Below are positions 12,997-25,872 of a stretch of 64,000 nucleotides of DNA, one piece after another. The notes beneath the pieces are model-generated. The model was not told where the DNA came from. It made no database searches and worked only from the letters and a program-made list of their open reading frames with translations. Location of the stretch: contig NC_086097.1 of NCBI RefSeq assembly GCF_963921235.1, positions 219,172,001-219,236,000 on the forward strand, given 5' to 3'. The stretch comes from Mobula hypostoma. Taxonomy: Eukaryota. How positions within the stretch are numbered: position 1 is the stretch's first letter; each line of letters starts with the position of its first letter. The position numbers and the translations under genes were made by a program.

Positions 12997-13574
12997 GTGA
13001 GAAGAAATAGATTAATATGATGGCTGGTTACAAGTAATTAAAGGGGTGCAGAATGTAGTAGAGCTCATTTGGAAATTAAACTTCATTCCTCTGCAAATTA
13101 ACTAATGAAAATGTTGCCAAAAATTACTGTACGTGTGAAAAAGATTTTTATAAGGGCTTCAATATGTAGTTTTGTTGTGAGAATTGGAGTTAAAAACAAT
13201 CAAAGATTACATGATCAAGGAGAAATATTCCTGTCCCACAATTTTATTAAAGAAATATTGGTGCAAACACGACTTTAAAAAATGCAATCTGCATGTTGAA
13301 TTTCATTTGGGCCATGAAAAGTATAAATGGATCTTTATGTTTCTAGTTTTACCCATAGTTCATAAGTCCACCATATTAGTATTGGTATTAGTTAAATCTA
13401 ATGCCCACATCATCAGCATTGTTCAGTTTGTCTCTCAAAGGAGGTGGCATGGTATTCTTTTGCTTCACAAAATTAAGTATTAATTTTGAATGATGAAAAC
13501 CATTCAGCCCACTTTGTTAGATGTCTTAATGAAAGCATCCTGAGTTCTAGACCTAAGAACACATAATTTAAACT

Positions 13575-14200
13575 GATGTCGCCTTCTCGTACTGAAACAT
13601 AACATCTTAAAATTGCAATGTTAAGTTGTTACTACGGATAATTTATGATGGGGGGAGATAAGATCCCTTGCAATCTTTGAAAATGTGCAAGGGAATTTTC
13701 TCAATGTTCTGGTCCGTGTTTGTTCTTCTATCAATAATGGATGTTTTCATTGCCTTATGTTTGCAGAGCTTTGCCTAACACAATTTGCCTGTTGTATTTT
13801 GTGATACAGGACAATCCAAAGTTAAGTATGTTGAATCTATAAACACTCCCTACATTTGAATGAGCTCCCATAATATTATTAAAATAGAAAGTCTGACACA
13901 GGTAAAAATGTATGTTTCTAGGAAGTGTGGTACTATTTTCCTCTATCGCTGCACGTTTTGTAGTTGTCCTTTGCACTTTTGATTCCATTCTTTGTAACAA
14001 TGTGGTCGTATGGTTGCCATATTGAGTACTTCCTGTGTGTTTTTTGATTTGGACAGAAGTAACTTACAGTTGTCTAAAAAATGGAACCTATTCATTACCT
14101 GGGGACAACCTGTATAAGTTTGATACCTCAGAAAGTATTCATTAGCTTTAAAGGAAGATTGAAGCATGAAGTGGCATGAAACATGCATTTTTTATCCTTT
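13575..14200 (+). mobile_element. Ancient Deu-domain SINE remnant interrupted by a Tigger/mariner-like MITE (about 13870-14115)
   Basis: Decayed similarity to Deu-SINE segments (agatcccttgcaat...; aaagtattcattagctttaaag); MITE end ...ggggacaacctgta. Confidence 0.4.
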
Positions 14201-15601
14201 CCTTAGCACATATGCCCTACACCAACCACATTGTAGCAGCCAGTTTCTTTTACATTTTCAAGTTATTTACCTCTACTTCTCTGCCATTCTGTGAAAACAA
14301 ATCTTTTTCGTATTTATTGTAAATTTGCCATCATAAATGTGTCTTAAAGTGATTTTCCAGTTTTACCTTTCCTGTACTCTTAATCAACCTTGTATATCTC
14401 TCAGTCACCTCCTTCTGAGACTGAAAATTCCATGTTTCTCCAAACTTCACTGCTCAAGCCTTGGAGAGTTGAAATTACTTTTGAGACAAAGCACATTATG
14501 CTTAATGTCTTCCTTTTCTGTCTTTATCTTAGCTTTTTTCAAAACCATTCATAGAGAATACAGGTGACACATAATGTTTCAATGTGGAACACTTTACACT
14601 TAACAGAATTCAGTTTTAGCTAGGAATGTTTTTATCAGCTCTTTACAACTCATCATAGATTTGCATTCATTTTTGTCTGAACACAGTTCCAGAATGGGTT
14701 TGAGATGTATTTTGACATTAAGTGCGCTTTATGTATATGAGTCGTGGATTACTGCAATTCATGGCTAGTTCGCTGTAATTTTGCCTCTTTAGTGTTGCAA
14801 GTCTTTGTGGCGTCTGGGCTTGGATTGATACAAGATTAAAACAACGTGCTATCGCTTCCCTTGCAAAGGGGTTCAAGGGATGCAGGATAGTCTCCAAATT
14901 TTTAATTTGTAGTGTATTTCTGCCATAGTGTGTGGGCAGACACCTGCTCCAGATGTGCTCTGAGTGGCCTGAATATTTGTCAGGCTTCAATGAAGGATGG
15001 TCGTCTTGGCCTCACCGATGTCAACAGCATTGGTGCCAGAGTTTCTTAATAACTATATCCTATTGTACTTGCTTATGTTTAGCCCCTGTGATTTTCAGTT
15101 TATTAGCAAATTAATATTCATTCATTTCAAATGGAACCTCCTGTTTATTTTCCCCAAATCCTCAATTCCTGTAGTTAAGTGATTCAAGTTTGATGCCAGC
15201 CAGGAACTTTCTCTATGAAACAAAAGCACCTTAATGTGAACCATTGCATGTTTGCAGTAAGATTGCAGAGGAAATAAATCTGCTTTTTTGTTTCACTTTC
15301 AAAAAGAATGCAGATGTGCAAAGCCCTTTAAGAATGCATGTCAGATAATCAATAATTATCCCCAGTCAGCAGTTGTGGCCCAAATTAGATTTAATAAGAA
15401 ACAGGCATGTAACGTCAAGTTTTAAGAATTTACATTTATCTTAAATCAAACCAATAACCACTTGTGGATACAAATGCATTAAAGATCATTGTATGTTTAT
15501 GAATATATGTTTCACAAAACATGATTATTTATTATGTAGAAGGTCATAGAAGTAAGTCCATTGCAATCATAACCTTCTCTTCCTTGTGCGGTATTTGATA
15601 A

Positions 15602-15623
15602 TTCTCTTTTCTCCCAGGTAAGA
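15602..15623 (+). promoter_or_regulatory. Candidate recursive splice site (3' splice site fused to 5' splice site)
   Basis: ttctcttttctccCAG|GTAAGA with an AG-free zone 15557-15615. Confidence 0.5.
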
Positions 15624-16234
15624 TTGCATGTGCTGATCCAGTTTCAACTCATGCATTGTATAGGTTGGACCCTTGATTTCAATTTTAGCGGTGGGCTGCT
15701 CTTTACGTATTTCTAATTTTAAAGGGATCAGAGCCAACTCAGCCATCTATTCTATGTGTTATTGCTTCCAGCAGGGCCTCAACTTGCATTCACAAGTGAC
15801 CTTCTCACACAATATTTGATGTGGGCTATACTTTGAGTATTTGTTTAAAACAGAAACGTATGTGCTGATTTGTACGGAGAAAAGCATTCTGATGTTGATA
15901 TCCTCTGAAAGGTTTGTGCCGTATCAGTGCCTGTTTTTAATTACATTGGGAGACATTTTGGTGCTTAACCCTGTAAGAGCAGCACTGAAACCCTTGCACC
16001 TTGATCACGTAGTAGTTTGGCAGGTGAGTTTGGATAAACAATATAATATGAATTAATCTCAAATGGACAGTGTAATAAGTATAATTTCTATTGGCACCTT
16101 ATTATCATCAAAAATATTTCTCATCCAACTGAAATCTTGGAATGTATGCCCCAATATTACAATAAGAAAGATATGGTACAAGTAAGAAATTTAGAAGACA
16201 TTCAGGATCTTTCACCATCCACCTAACATACTAA

Positions 16235-16438
16235 GCCGGCCAGTGGTGTAGTGGCATCCACGCTGGACTTCGAGATGAATGGTTCAGAGTTCAAATCCAG
16301 CTGGCCTCTTGCACGCTTTCCATCCGTGCTGGGCTGAGCATTGACCTAGCAACTCGGCCTTGTAAAAAAACAGTCAAATGCCTTAGAAATGGCAAGGTTG
16401 TGCCATTGTGCCACAAGGCGCGGAGAGGTGCAGCAACA
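16235..16438 (+). mobile_element. tRNA-derived SINE
   Basis: A box tggtgtagtgg, B box gagttcaaatcc, non-tRNA body, CAA-like tail. Confidence 0.75.
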
Positions 16439-16739
16439 AATTAATATACTTTAGAATGCATGGCAAATCAGAAAATCCTTGAAATATCCTGCAGACTGGA
16501 CAGCATTAGCAAGGAGTAAAGAACTGAGTTAATGTTACAACTTGATGAACTTCAATTGGGAATAGAAAATTCTGAGGTAAATTAGATATTCCTTTTCTTC
16601 ATCTGTCTCCATCACCCCCACCTCCTCCCCCCACTATCACCACCCTTCTCTGCAACTTAAAGCATAATTGTTTTCTAATTTTCCAATGAAGATTAAATAT
16701 GTTTCTCTCAAATACTGCTAGGCCTGTTGAGTATTTGAT

Positions 16740-18462
16740 GCACGGAGAGATGTGTCAGCAAGGAAGGTCCCCCCTGCCCCCGAGGAGCAGACACTCTGAC
16801 TGGACGCAGCTTGTGTTAGGAAGACCCTAGGCAGGGCAACCCACATAAAGCTGCTAGGTCTGATAACGTACCTGGTCAGGTGCTGAGGGGCTGTGCAGCC
16901 CAGGTAACATCTTCAGCATCTCTCTGGAACAGTCCACTGTCCCTGTAGGGTTCAAGGAAAGCAACAGTAACCTACCTTAATGACCACCATCCAGTGGCAC
17001 TGACCTCAACAATCACATTCAGTCCCATCCTCCTGCTACATTGGACCCTCTCCAGTTCACTTATCACTCAAATCAGTCCACTGGTGATGACATTGCTTCT
17101 GCCCTCCTGTCCTTCCTGTCCCACCTGGAAAATGGTGTCTCATATGCACGATGCTGTTTATTGACCAGCTCAGTATCTAATTCAATCATCCCTCAGAAGG
17201 TGACAGGTAAACTGTCCTCGCTGGGCCTCAACAGCTCCCTCTGTAACTGGATTTTGGACTTCGTGACAGAAAGACCACAGTGGGTCCATGACAGCATCAA
17301 CATCTCTAGCTCCCTCACAATTAGCACCGATGTCCCCAGGGCTGCGTCCTCAGCCCGCTACAGTTCACGCTACTGACGCATGACTCTGCTGCTATATCCA
17401 GTTCAAGCCGAATCACCAACTTCGCTGACGACACGGCTGTGGTTAGTCTCATCAACAATGACAACCAGATGGCATACAGGGAGGAGGTAGAGCCGCTGGT
17501 AGAATGGCCCCTCCGTGGTGAGGGGTAGGAGCACTCTGTTTCTGGGAGCTCACATAATGGATCACCCAGTCCGTCAACACCACCTCTCCACTTCCTGAGG
17601 AGATTGAGGTGAGGGAGCCTCCCCGCCCCCCAACCCACCCACATTCTACCAATTCTTACAGGAGCACCATCAAGAATCACTGTTTGGCATGGAAATTTCA
17701 AGGCACCTAATTTCAAGACCCTACAAAGGGTTTTGAATCTGTGCTCTCTGGTTCTGGATACCTGCACCATAGGAAACAGCCTCTCCAGATCCACCCTATC
17801 TACTCTTTCAACATTTGGTAGGTTTCAATGAGATCCCCACACATTCTTCTAAATTCCAGTGAACACAGGCCCAAAGCTGCCAAATGCTCCACATATGTTA
17901 ACGCCTTCATTCCCAGAACTATCCTCGTGAACCTCCTCTGGAATGTCTCCAATGACTACACATCCTTTCTGAGATATGGGGCCCAAAGCTGTTAACAATA
18001 TTCCAAGGGCACGTTGCAGAGATTGAGATGGTCATTGGGACTCTTTTCCACCCATCTAGATATTGATCTGGAGCGCTGCCTACATAACACCCTTAGCATT
18101 GTCATGATCCCTCCCATCTGTCCAATAATCTTTTTGACCCCCTACCATCAGGCAGGAGGTACCAAAGCATTATGACAGGGACTGTTAAGATGGAAAACAG
18201 CCACTTCCCCCAAACAACTGAACTCCCTGCCACCACCCAGGTCTTCATACCACACACATATGAAGTTCCAGTAGCGTTGTACTGTTGACTTTTTAATTTG
18301 TGTTGTAAATGCACCTTATTATTTGTTAATATATTTGTAGTAATATTACTTTGTGTTTTGTGTGAGTTATATGTACAGTATTGTGCACCTTTGTCCACAG
18401 GAACATTGTTTTATTTGGTGCTATACATGTCTAAGGGTGAAATAAAAATAAACTTGAACTTG
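16740..18462 (+). mobile_element. Rex1/Babar LINE remnant, interrupted by a CR1 piece (about 17730-18010, -)
   Basis: LDPLQFTYHSNQSTGDDIASAL, LCNWILDF, QGCVLSPL, FADDT motifs; tail aataaacttgaacttga. Confidence 0.85.
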
Positions 18463-20600
18463 ATTTCCAGTATTTTCTGGATTTACTTCAGACTTCCTGT
18501 ATCTGCAGTTCTTTACATTTTAGTCACTGATCTCCACCTCTGCCTCAGCCCAGCAGCTACCAAAGCCTTTTTTATATAACTTTGCTACCTTCAAACTCAG
18601 TATTAAATCTCCCAAGCTGCCATCTGTCCAGACTCTTTGGTAATCCAAAACACTATTTCCCACATGCCATTGCTGAACCACAGGGACTCCCAGATTAACC
18701 AAGCCTCAGTTTTAAAATTCCCTTCTTATAATGGGTGCAATGTTTCAGCTTGTCTTTGTAGCTCCTCTCAGCTCCTCAATTCTGAGATTGTTGGTCAGGC
18801 AGTATCTGCGGAAAAGGAGTAAGAAATAAATTTCAGGATAGTGGGAAGGGGTGGAGAGAACAGAGAGCTGCCCATGAATGAATGGAGACTAATTGTCAAG
18901 GTCATGGTAGTCATGACCTTCTGTGGATTAGACCAGCTCATCAGGGTGCATTTCTACTAGGTGAGTCACATCAACTTGGCTGCTCCTTTGAAATCCTCAT
19001 CTAAATCCAACAGTACAGAATCTCTGTGTGATCTTGAAAAGCTGGCAACTAGTTGCTACATTCCCCTCTCTGATCATGAACTATTTATGCCTGATGACGT
19101 ACCACATTCAAATTCTCCCATTACTTTATATGAAGTATCTGAATTTCTGTTAGGGTAGGGTTGTGGTGAGAGGGAGAGCAGAGGAAAGAGCTACACACTT
19201 AAGTCATCTACAGCTTGTAAATTACAAGAGATTGTAGATGTCAGAAGGACAATTACATACGGCCTATTTACTTAGTATTACAAGTGAATAGGTTTGATTG
19301 TTTCTGCATATGAAGTCATTGAACTTGCTCCAACACTGCATTATTCTCTAAGGCTTGATCTCCAGGATTGACCACCAATGCCTTCAAATTGTGTGATCTC
19401 CTGGCTCCTGTAGACACAGGACATCCCTCTTTCCCCTTATTTCCAAGAAGGCCTTTTCTGCAATATCAAATGATCAGGGAGCTCCTATGTGATGCAGTGT
19501 GTCTCCTTGATAGTTGTACAGGTTGGCTTTAAGCCATTCTTTGCAATATCAACTGAATGGACAATCCCTAAACTGGGCTTCATAGTTATTTCTGAGCACT
19601 AACTTCCGTCATTTGATTTGCAACTTTATTACTAGATTTCAAAAATACAACAACTAATGTACAATGTTCAAATACACTTTGCAGCTGCTTCTTAAACCTC
19701 CATTCTTCAGTCTTGGTTCTGCTGTAAAATCACTGATACTGTTTCATTTGATATATTTGTTCAGATGTTGTTTGCTTTTCATGCGAATGTTGAGTGATGA
19801 AAACTGAATACTGCTGACTGTTATTATGAAACTGACCCTGCAATGAAAGTGGCAGCTTTGCCTCAGAGACTGCATTCTCATTTCTTGAGTTTGTGGTTTA
19901 TGGGTTTAGAATCTCAAGCCTGAGCCTGATGTTTGAATGTAATATGGAGGATATGAAACTTCTCAGATTAGATGTTATAGCTGGGGTCATGATCTGCCCT
20001 CTTAGCTAAGAGATGCCAAGACAACTTTTTAATGCCCTGCCAGCAGGACTCTGAGTGATGCAATAACATCTGAGAAATATGTAATGAAATTATACTCAAT
20101 AGAAGTGAGGCAAATAAAGCGTTGAAACAGATTATCTGAATCTTCAAGATCTGCCTCCACGTTGTTGGTCGTGTACATGGAGTGATTCTGAGCTGCTTGT
20201 TGCCTAAGGCAAAAGCAAACTCCAGGAAAGGTGACTTAAATTTACCTCACCAAAGGGTCCAGAATATCTAGCCCTTTTTAGCAGCTTTCTATCAATTTTA
20301 ACCAACATCACAGTGAGAATAGAGTGCACTGCTCAGGAGACAGCTTATGTTGCACTGAGTCGACAGGACTAATAGGATTCATGAGGTTCCCATTTAATTC
20401 AGGTGGGTATCGCAATACCTTCCCCAAACCTCCATCCCAAATAAAATAACCATTAAGATAGCTGAAAGATAGAAATGACTCAAGTCCAGCAATGAACTTT
20501 TAACACTTGTTTTGCCCATTTTTCTTCATGCACAAAAAGTTAAAGATTCCCTCTTTCTGTTTCAGAGGGATGCAGCTGATAGAAATAAAAGCACAGTACC

Positions 20601-20878
20601 TGTCCCATGATCCTCTCGTATCCCCTTTTGCCTATCACCTGTCCAGCTCTTGGCTCTATCCCTCCCCCTCCTGTCTTCTCCTATCATTTTGGATCTCCCC
20701 CTCCCCCTCCAACTTTCAAATCCCTTACTCACTCTTCCTTCAGTTAGTCCTGACGAAGGGTCTCGGCCTGAAACGTCGGCTGCACCTCTTCCTACAGATG
20801 CTGCCTGGCCTGCTGCATTCACCAGCAACTTTGATGTGTGTTGCTTGAATTTCCAGCATCTGCAGAATTCCTGTTGTT
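20601..20878 (+). mobile_element. Penelope pseudo-LTR with hammerhead at 20746-20781
   Basis: Pyrimidine-rich leader; agtc-CTGACGA-agggtctcggcct-GAAA-cgTC-ggct; 9-bp direct repeat cacagtacc at 20592-20600 and 20879-20887. Confidence 0.85.
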
Positions 20879-22247
20879 CACAGTACCAAGGACTGACAGT
20901 TGAAAACAATTTTGATTCCTCTGTCATTTTATTCTTTTATATACCTGGCTACTTAACCTTTTCAGTTTTCCCTCACATTTATTTAAATTTAGCCATGCTG
21001 CAGCCTATATACCATATATTATATGCCAACCAGTCAATCACACAAGAATACACAGTCCACATCATCTTTTGCACAATACTGCTTAAATTTTCTGCTAGCC
21101 TAGGGCCATTTTTGAAGCCATCAGTCCTGACCGCTAGCAAATCTGTGTCACAACAATAGTTATAAATTTGTTGTTTCTTACGAGTTTCCAGCTATGCTGA
21201 TACTGTGTCCTTTTCTGACTCAGACCTGACAACATACTTTACTTTATACTTTATTGTCACCAAACAATTAGTACTAGAACGTACAATCATCACAGCGATA
21301 TTTGAATCTGCGCTTCACATCTGAGAGATATTAAGAATTAAATTATTATCTGTAAGACTGAGGCAAATGCATTTCCATGCCTTCATCCAGAGCAGCATAA
21401 ATGGTTCAGAATGAGGTCTCATTTTCCATTTAAAGTGAGTGAATCTCAATATATTAGAAATGAAAAGACTGAATATGAATTAGCTGATTTAATTTGCTGC
21501 ATCACAGGGACTGTTAAATATTCATGCTATGTTATCATTTGTTATCATTTCCAGTAGAATTAGTCTACTGGATAAAAGAGCATGTTAAAACCGCAGCAAT
21601 GTATTTTTTTCAGACATCTGATCATGTTAACAAGGCCTTGAATTTATACCACAGGGTGCTGGTAGAATAACCACTATCATTGACTAAAGACATTGAAGAG
21701 TTTAGTTTAAATGATTTACCATCTCCAGTAAAATGGCAAAATGAAGAATTTTGCACGCCTTATAAGGAATATGCATGTCAGCAGTGTGTAGTGTACTGAG
21801 TAGAGTTTAACCCAGGAGGCGCATTTACAGCGGCATCTTTGTAATATGCATTTACTGTTTAAACAGCAGCGTCTTGCTTTATTGTACTATTTGTTTTGTT
21901 TTCATAGACGAGGAAAGACCTTTTGTGGCGTAGAGTTCAGTTATACCATTTTCAACAACTCACTGAAGATTTTATCCAAATTTACATCTACTCGTACAGT
22001 TATTTCTGTCAGCTAATGTCGTATCGGGTGTTTATTTACATCTAATGCAGAATTTCTAAAAGTCAACACTCTCAAGTAAACATTAATCTCAGCCATGTCA
22101 GTCCATTCAATATGATTCTGTGCAACAACTGTGCGGATCAGAACAAGAATCAGGTTTAATATCACAGAGGTATGTCATGAAATTTGTTAACTTTGAATGA
22201 CAAATAAATATAGAGAAAAAAAATTGAATTACAGTAAGTATATATAT

Positions 22248-24340
22248 GGTGGCAGAGTTTGGATGTTAGAATCCCAATGGGATGTGCAATTTCACCCATC
22301 CTTTTTATGTTAGCCATGGAGGTGATTGTGAGGGCTGTAGAATCAATGGGACCAGGTCTCGCACTTGATGGCGGAGTGGAGTTACCACCAATATGAGCGT
22401 TCATGGATGATCTTACCCTTTTGGGTTCCAGCATGGAGGCAATGGAAAAGGTACTATCTAGACTCGAGGAGCTACTGGATTGGGGAAGAATGAAGTTCAA
22501 GACCAAGAAGTCAAGGTGCCTTGTTCTTAGGAGAGGAAAGCTGGTTGACTTTCATTTCACCCTTTGTGGAGAAGAGATTCCATCCATTCAGGACTAACCA
22601 GTTAAGAGCCTTGGGCGATGGTACACAGAGGAGCTGAGAGACAACAAGAGGGTTCAAGAGACAGGAGAACAGATCAGCAGAGGTCTGATGTCTGTTGACA
22701 AGTGTGGCTTGCCTGGCAAGTTGAAGTTGTGGTGCTTGCAGTATGGACTGATGCCACGGATAATGTGGCCACTAACTGTCTATGAAGTGGCAATGTCCCA
22801 TGTTGAGGCAATGGAACAGAAGATCAACAAGTATGTGAAGAAGTGGCTTGGAGTACTGAGCAGCCTCACCAATGTTGCAATCCACAGTAGCCAGACAAAG
22901 CTTACAATCCCAGTGCAATCCCTTGTTGTGGAGGTCAAGGTAGCCAAGGTAAGATCACTCTTGATGTTTTGAGACTCAAAAGACCCTGTCATCAAGAACA
23001 CCCAACCGGATGTGAGATCAGGCAGGAAGTGGTCAGCCCGTGTAGCAGTTGATGAGGCAGAGTCTAGATTGAAGCACAAGGAGATGGTTGGGGCTATCCA
23101 GCTAGGTCGCCAGGGACTTGGATGGACAACCCACAAGTGGTGGTCATCTTCTACAGGTAAGGAGCGCTGTGAGCTTGTAACACAAGAAATACGAGAGGTA
23201 GAAGAGGAGAAGAGGTTAGCTAAAACAGCTGGCCTAGCCAAACAAGAGGTTTGGACCTGGTGGGAAAGTGTTGAACAACGACATCTATCTTGGAATTTTC
23301 TGTGGCAGATGGAACCGCTCCGCATTTCTTTTCTATGTAGAGCAGCGTACGATCTGCTCTCAACACCTGCCAACCTCAGCACCTGTTATGAAGATAAGAC
23401 AGACAGGTGTGCTGCTTGTGGTGATAAGGGAACACTTCAACATATTTTGAGTGCATGCAGAGTCAATCTTTCCAGTGGCACATACACTTGGAGAAATAAC
23501 AACGTTCTCAAAGTTGTAACAGAAGCGGTAGAGCAGAGAGTACTGCAGCACAACTTATCTCATGCCCCATGCTGCACAGAACATCACATATCATTTGTCA
23601 AAGAAGGCTCCAAGTCAAGGGTGTACAGCACAAGCCCACGATCAAGCATACTTTCTTCAGCCAATGATTGGTGCGTCAAGGCTGATCTGGATGGGAAAGG
23701 CAGTTTCCCGGAGCAAATAGCTTTCACCACATTGCGTCCAGATATGATCGTATGGTCTGACACCAGTAGAGAAGCAGTTATTGGTGAACTCACAGTCCCC
23801 TGGGAAGACAACATCGATGAAGCACATGAGCGCAAGTTAACCAAGTATGCAGAGTTAAGAACAGAGTGCAGAGACAGAGGGTGGAAGGTCTCATGCTATC
23901 CATTCGAAGTAGGTTGCAGTGGGTTTATTGCGTTCATTTTCCAGAAGTGGCTGCATGACCTTGGCTTCACTAGAAGAGAGATCAAGTCAACCAGCAGGGC
24001 TGTAGCTGAGGCAGCAGAGAAAGGATCAGCATGGGTGTGGACCAAGTATGTCCAGAGGGGCAGATAGTCAGACAGTGTATACATATCTTGCAAACCCTTC
24101 AGTAGTTGCATAGACACCTGAAGAGCAGACTATCTGTAGGATGGAAGTGACCAACAACTTTGACAGAGGCAGATGCCAAGTTTTTAAGCTCACCAGTGGG
24201 AGGTGGTGCTTTAGCACTGCTGGCCCACCACCTCGAGGGAGTCTTGATCATAAGTGGGCCAAAACTCCTGAAGACAGGTGGCAGATCAACTGATGATCCC
24301 ACTGGTGATAGCACAGGACAGTTAACATCTTAGTCCACAT
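22248..24340 (+). mobile_element. HERO-clade non-LTR retrotransposon (RT, CCHC, restriction-like endonuclease), 5'-truncated
   Basis: Single frame with three stops: MGCAISPILF, FMDDLT, LPGKLKLWCLQYGLMPRIMWPL, CAACG..HILSAC, LRPDM...ELTVPWE...ERKLTKY; stop at 24067; about 270-nt 3' UTR. Confidence 0.92.
24238..24303 (+). ncRNA. Rearranged (non-circularly permuted) hammerhead ribozyme-like RNA; this copy has G12A
   Basis: GGAG-TC-TTGATC / AGTGGG-cc-AAAA-CTCC / GATCAA-CTGATGA-t-CCCACT; the three helices pair perfectly. Confidence 0.7.
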
Positions 24341-24362
24341 TTATTTTTAACTCTGTCTAGTA

Positions 24363-25872
24363 CAGGGGTCCCCAAACTTTTTTGCATGGTGGCCCGGTTT
24401 AATATTGTCAATATTCTTGCGGACCGGCCGACTGGGTGGGGGGGGGGTGTTAATCATGACCGGAATATAGGTGAAACTTTAAGTCACTTATAAGTGGCTA
24501 ATAATACACTCACAATTTCATTTCTAAAAGGGTTTATCTAACGAATTTAATATTAAACACACAGCGCATATTTTCCTCCCATGAATATAGTGATAAGTCA
24601 ATTATAAGGCACTTATGACTCAATAGCATCATAACATTTTAAGTAATGTTTGGATATTAAACACACAGTGCATATTTTCCTCGTATGAACATATAAAATG
24701 ATTGCAACACACCAATATCGCTGAGTCAGTCGGAGCCCTGGGCTTGTTTTCCTGCAACAAGACGGTCCCATCGAGGGGTGATGGGAGACAGCGATACTCA
24801 AACGGGGTTCCTTATGTCCAGTCTATTCCGCAATTTACTTTTCATTGCATTCGTTGCAGAAAATCCCGCTTTGCAGAGGTATGATGTTAGAAATGGAAGC
24901 AACGTTTTCAGAGCTTTTGTGGCTATCTCAGGATATTCAGCCTTGACTTTGATCCAGAATGCCGGTAGAGATGTTATGTCAAACATACTTTTCAGCCCAC
25001 CGTCATTTGCAAGCTCAAGTAGTTGATCTTCTTCCCGCGCTGACATGGATAATTCACCGGGGACATTCACAAATGGGTCATGGACCCATTCCTTTGCATG
25101 TCTTGGGTCATTTGCGGTTGGGAAGTAACGCTCGACTTCTGTCAACAGGCAAGTTAGGTGATTGCGCACCAGTTGTGAGAAAGACGGTGCAGCCTCAGTC
25201 TCTCCCAAAATCCCAGCTAATGTTGGGAACATGTCAAGTATGCCCCTGTCCACTCACCGTCCCCACAGTTCCAGTTTGGCTGTGAGAGCAGACACTTTAT
25301 CTGTCAACTTGAAGACAGTTGTCATTCTCCCCTGAAGTGACAAATTGAGTTTATTGAGCAGGTTGAAGATGTCATACAGATAAGCGAGTTTTGCTATCCA
25401 CTCCTCGTCACTGAAGTGTGCTGCCAGTGGTGACTTTTTTCCTGAAAGAAATCTCCGTAGCGATTAGACAGCTTGTCTCCACATATCACACACAGGGGAC
25501 TTGGAGGGTGTGAGTCACCGGTCGCAATAAAGCCATATTTTATGACGCGTCGTCATAGTTTCTGTTGAAGGAAGCTTTTTTTTTGCAGTCTCTGCCTCAG
25601 CTGCCTCTGTGTTATCATCATCGTTAGGCCTTTTATGTCCTCTTCCACCTCTTCCAAAAAAAACTCTCAAGCGACGTTTGTTTTTTACTCATACCGACTG
25701 ATGACCTCGCATGGGTAATGACCTCACGTGCGTAATGACCTCACGTGCGCTCAAGCTCAACAGTGGGCGTGACAGGGAATGAGGAGAGAGGTGCAGCTGA
25801 CCCTTATCGCCAAATCATATCATTTCCTTGCAGCCCGGTACCGGTCCGTGGCCCGGTGGTTGGGGACCGCTG
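24363..25872 (-). mobile_element. hAT Charlie/Buster transposon, internally deleted
   Basis: TIRs caggggtccccaa / ttggggaccgctg; TSD gtctagta / gtttagta; ORF 24798..25253 FWIKVKAEYPEIATKALKTLLPF.TSYLC.AGFS. Confidence 0.92.

Noticed and set aside
16235..16310. tRNA gene
   Set aside because: A/B boxes are present but there is no clean cloverleaf or terminator, and it continues into a SINE body.
18961..19158. 65-aa ORF as an extra coding exon
   Set aside because: It starts at a donor-like GTGAGT, has no recognisable homology and has weak exon boundaries.
24284..24335. Canonical type I/II/III hammerhead at CTGATGA
   Set aside because: No GAAA follows stem II; the parts fit only in the rearranged A-C-B order reported above.
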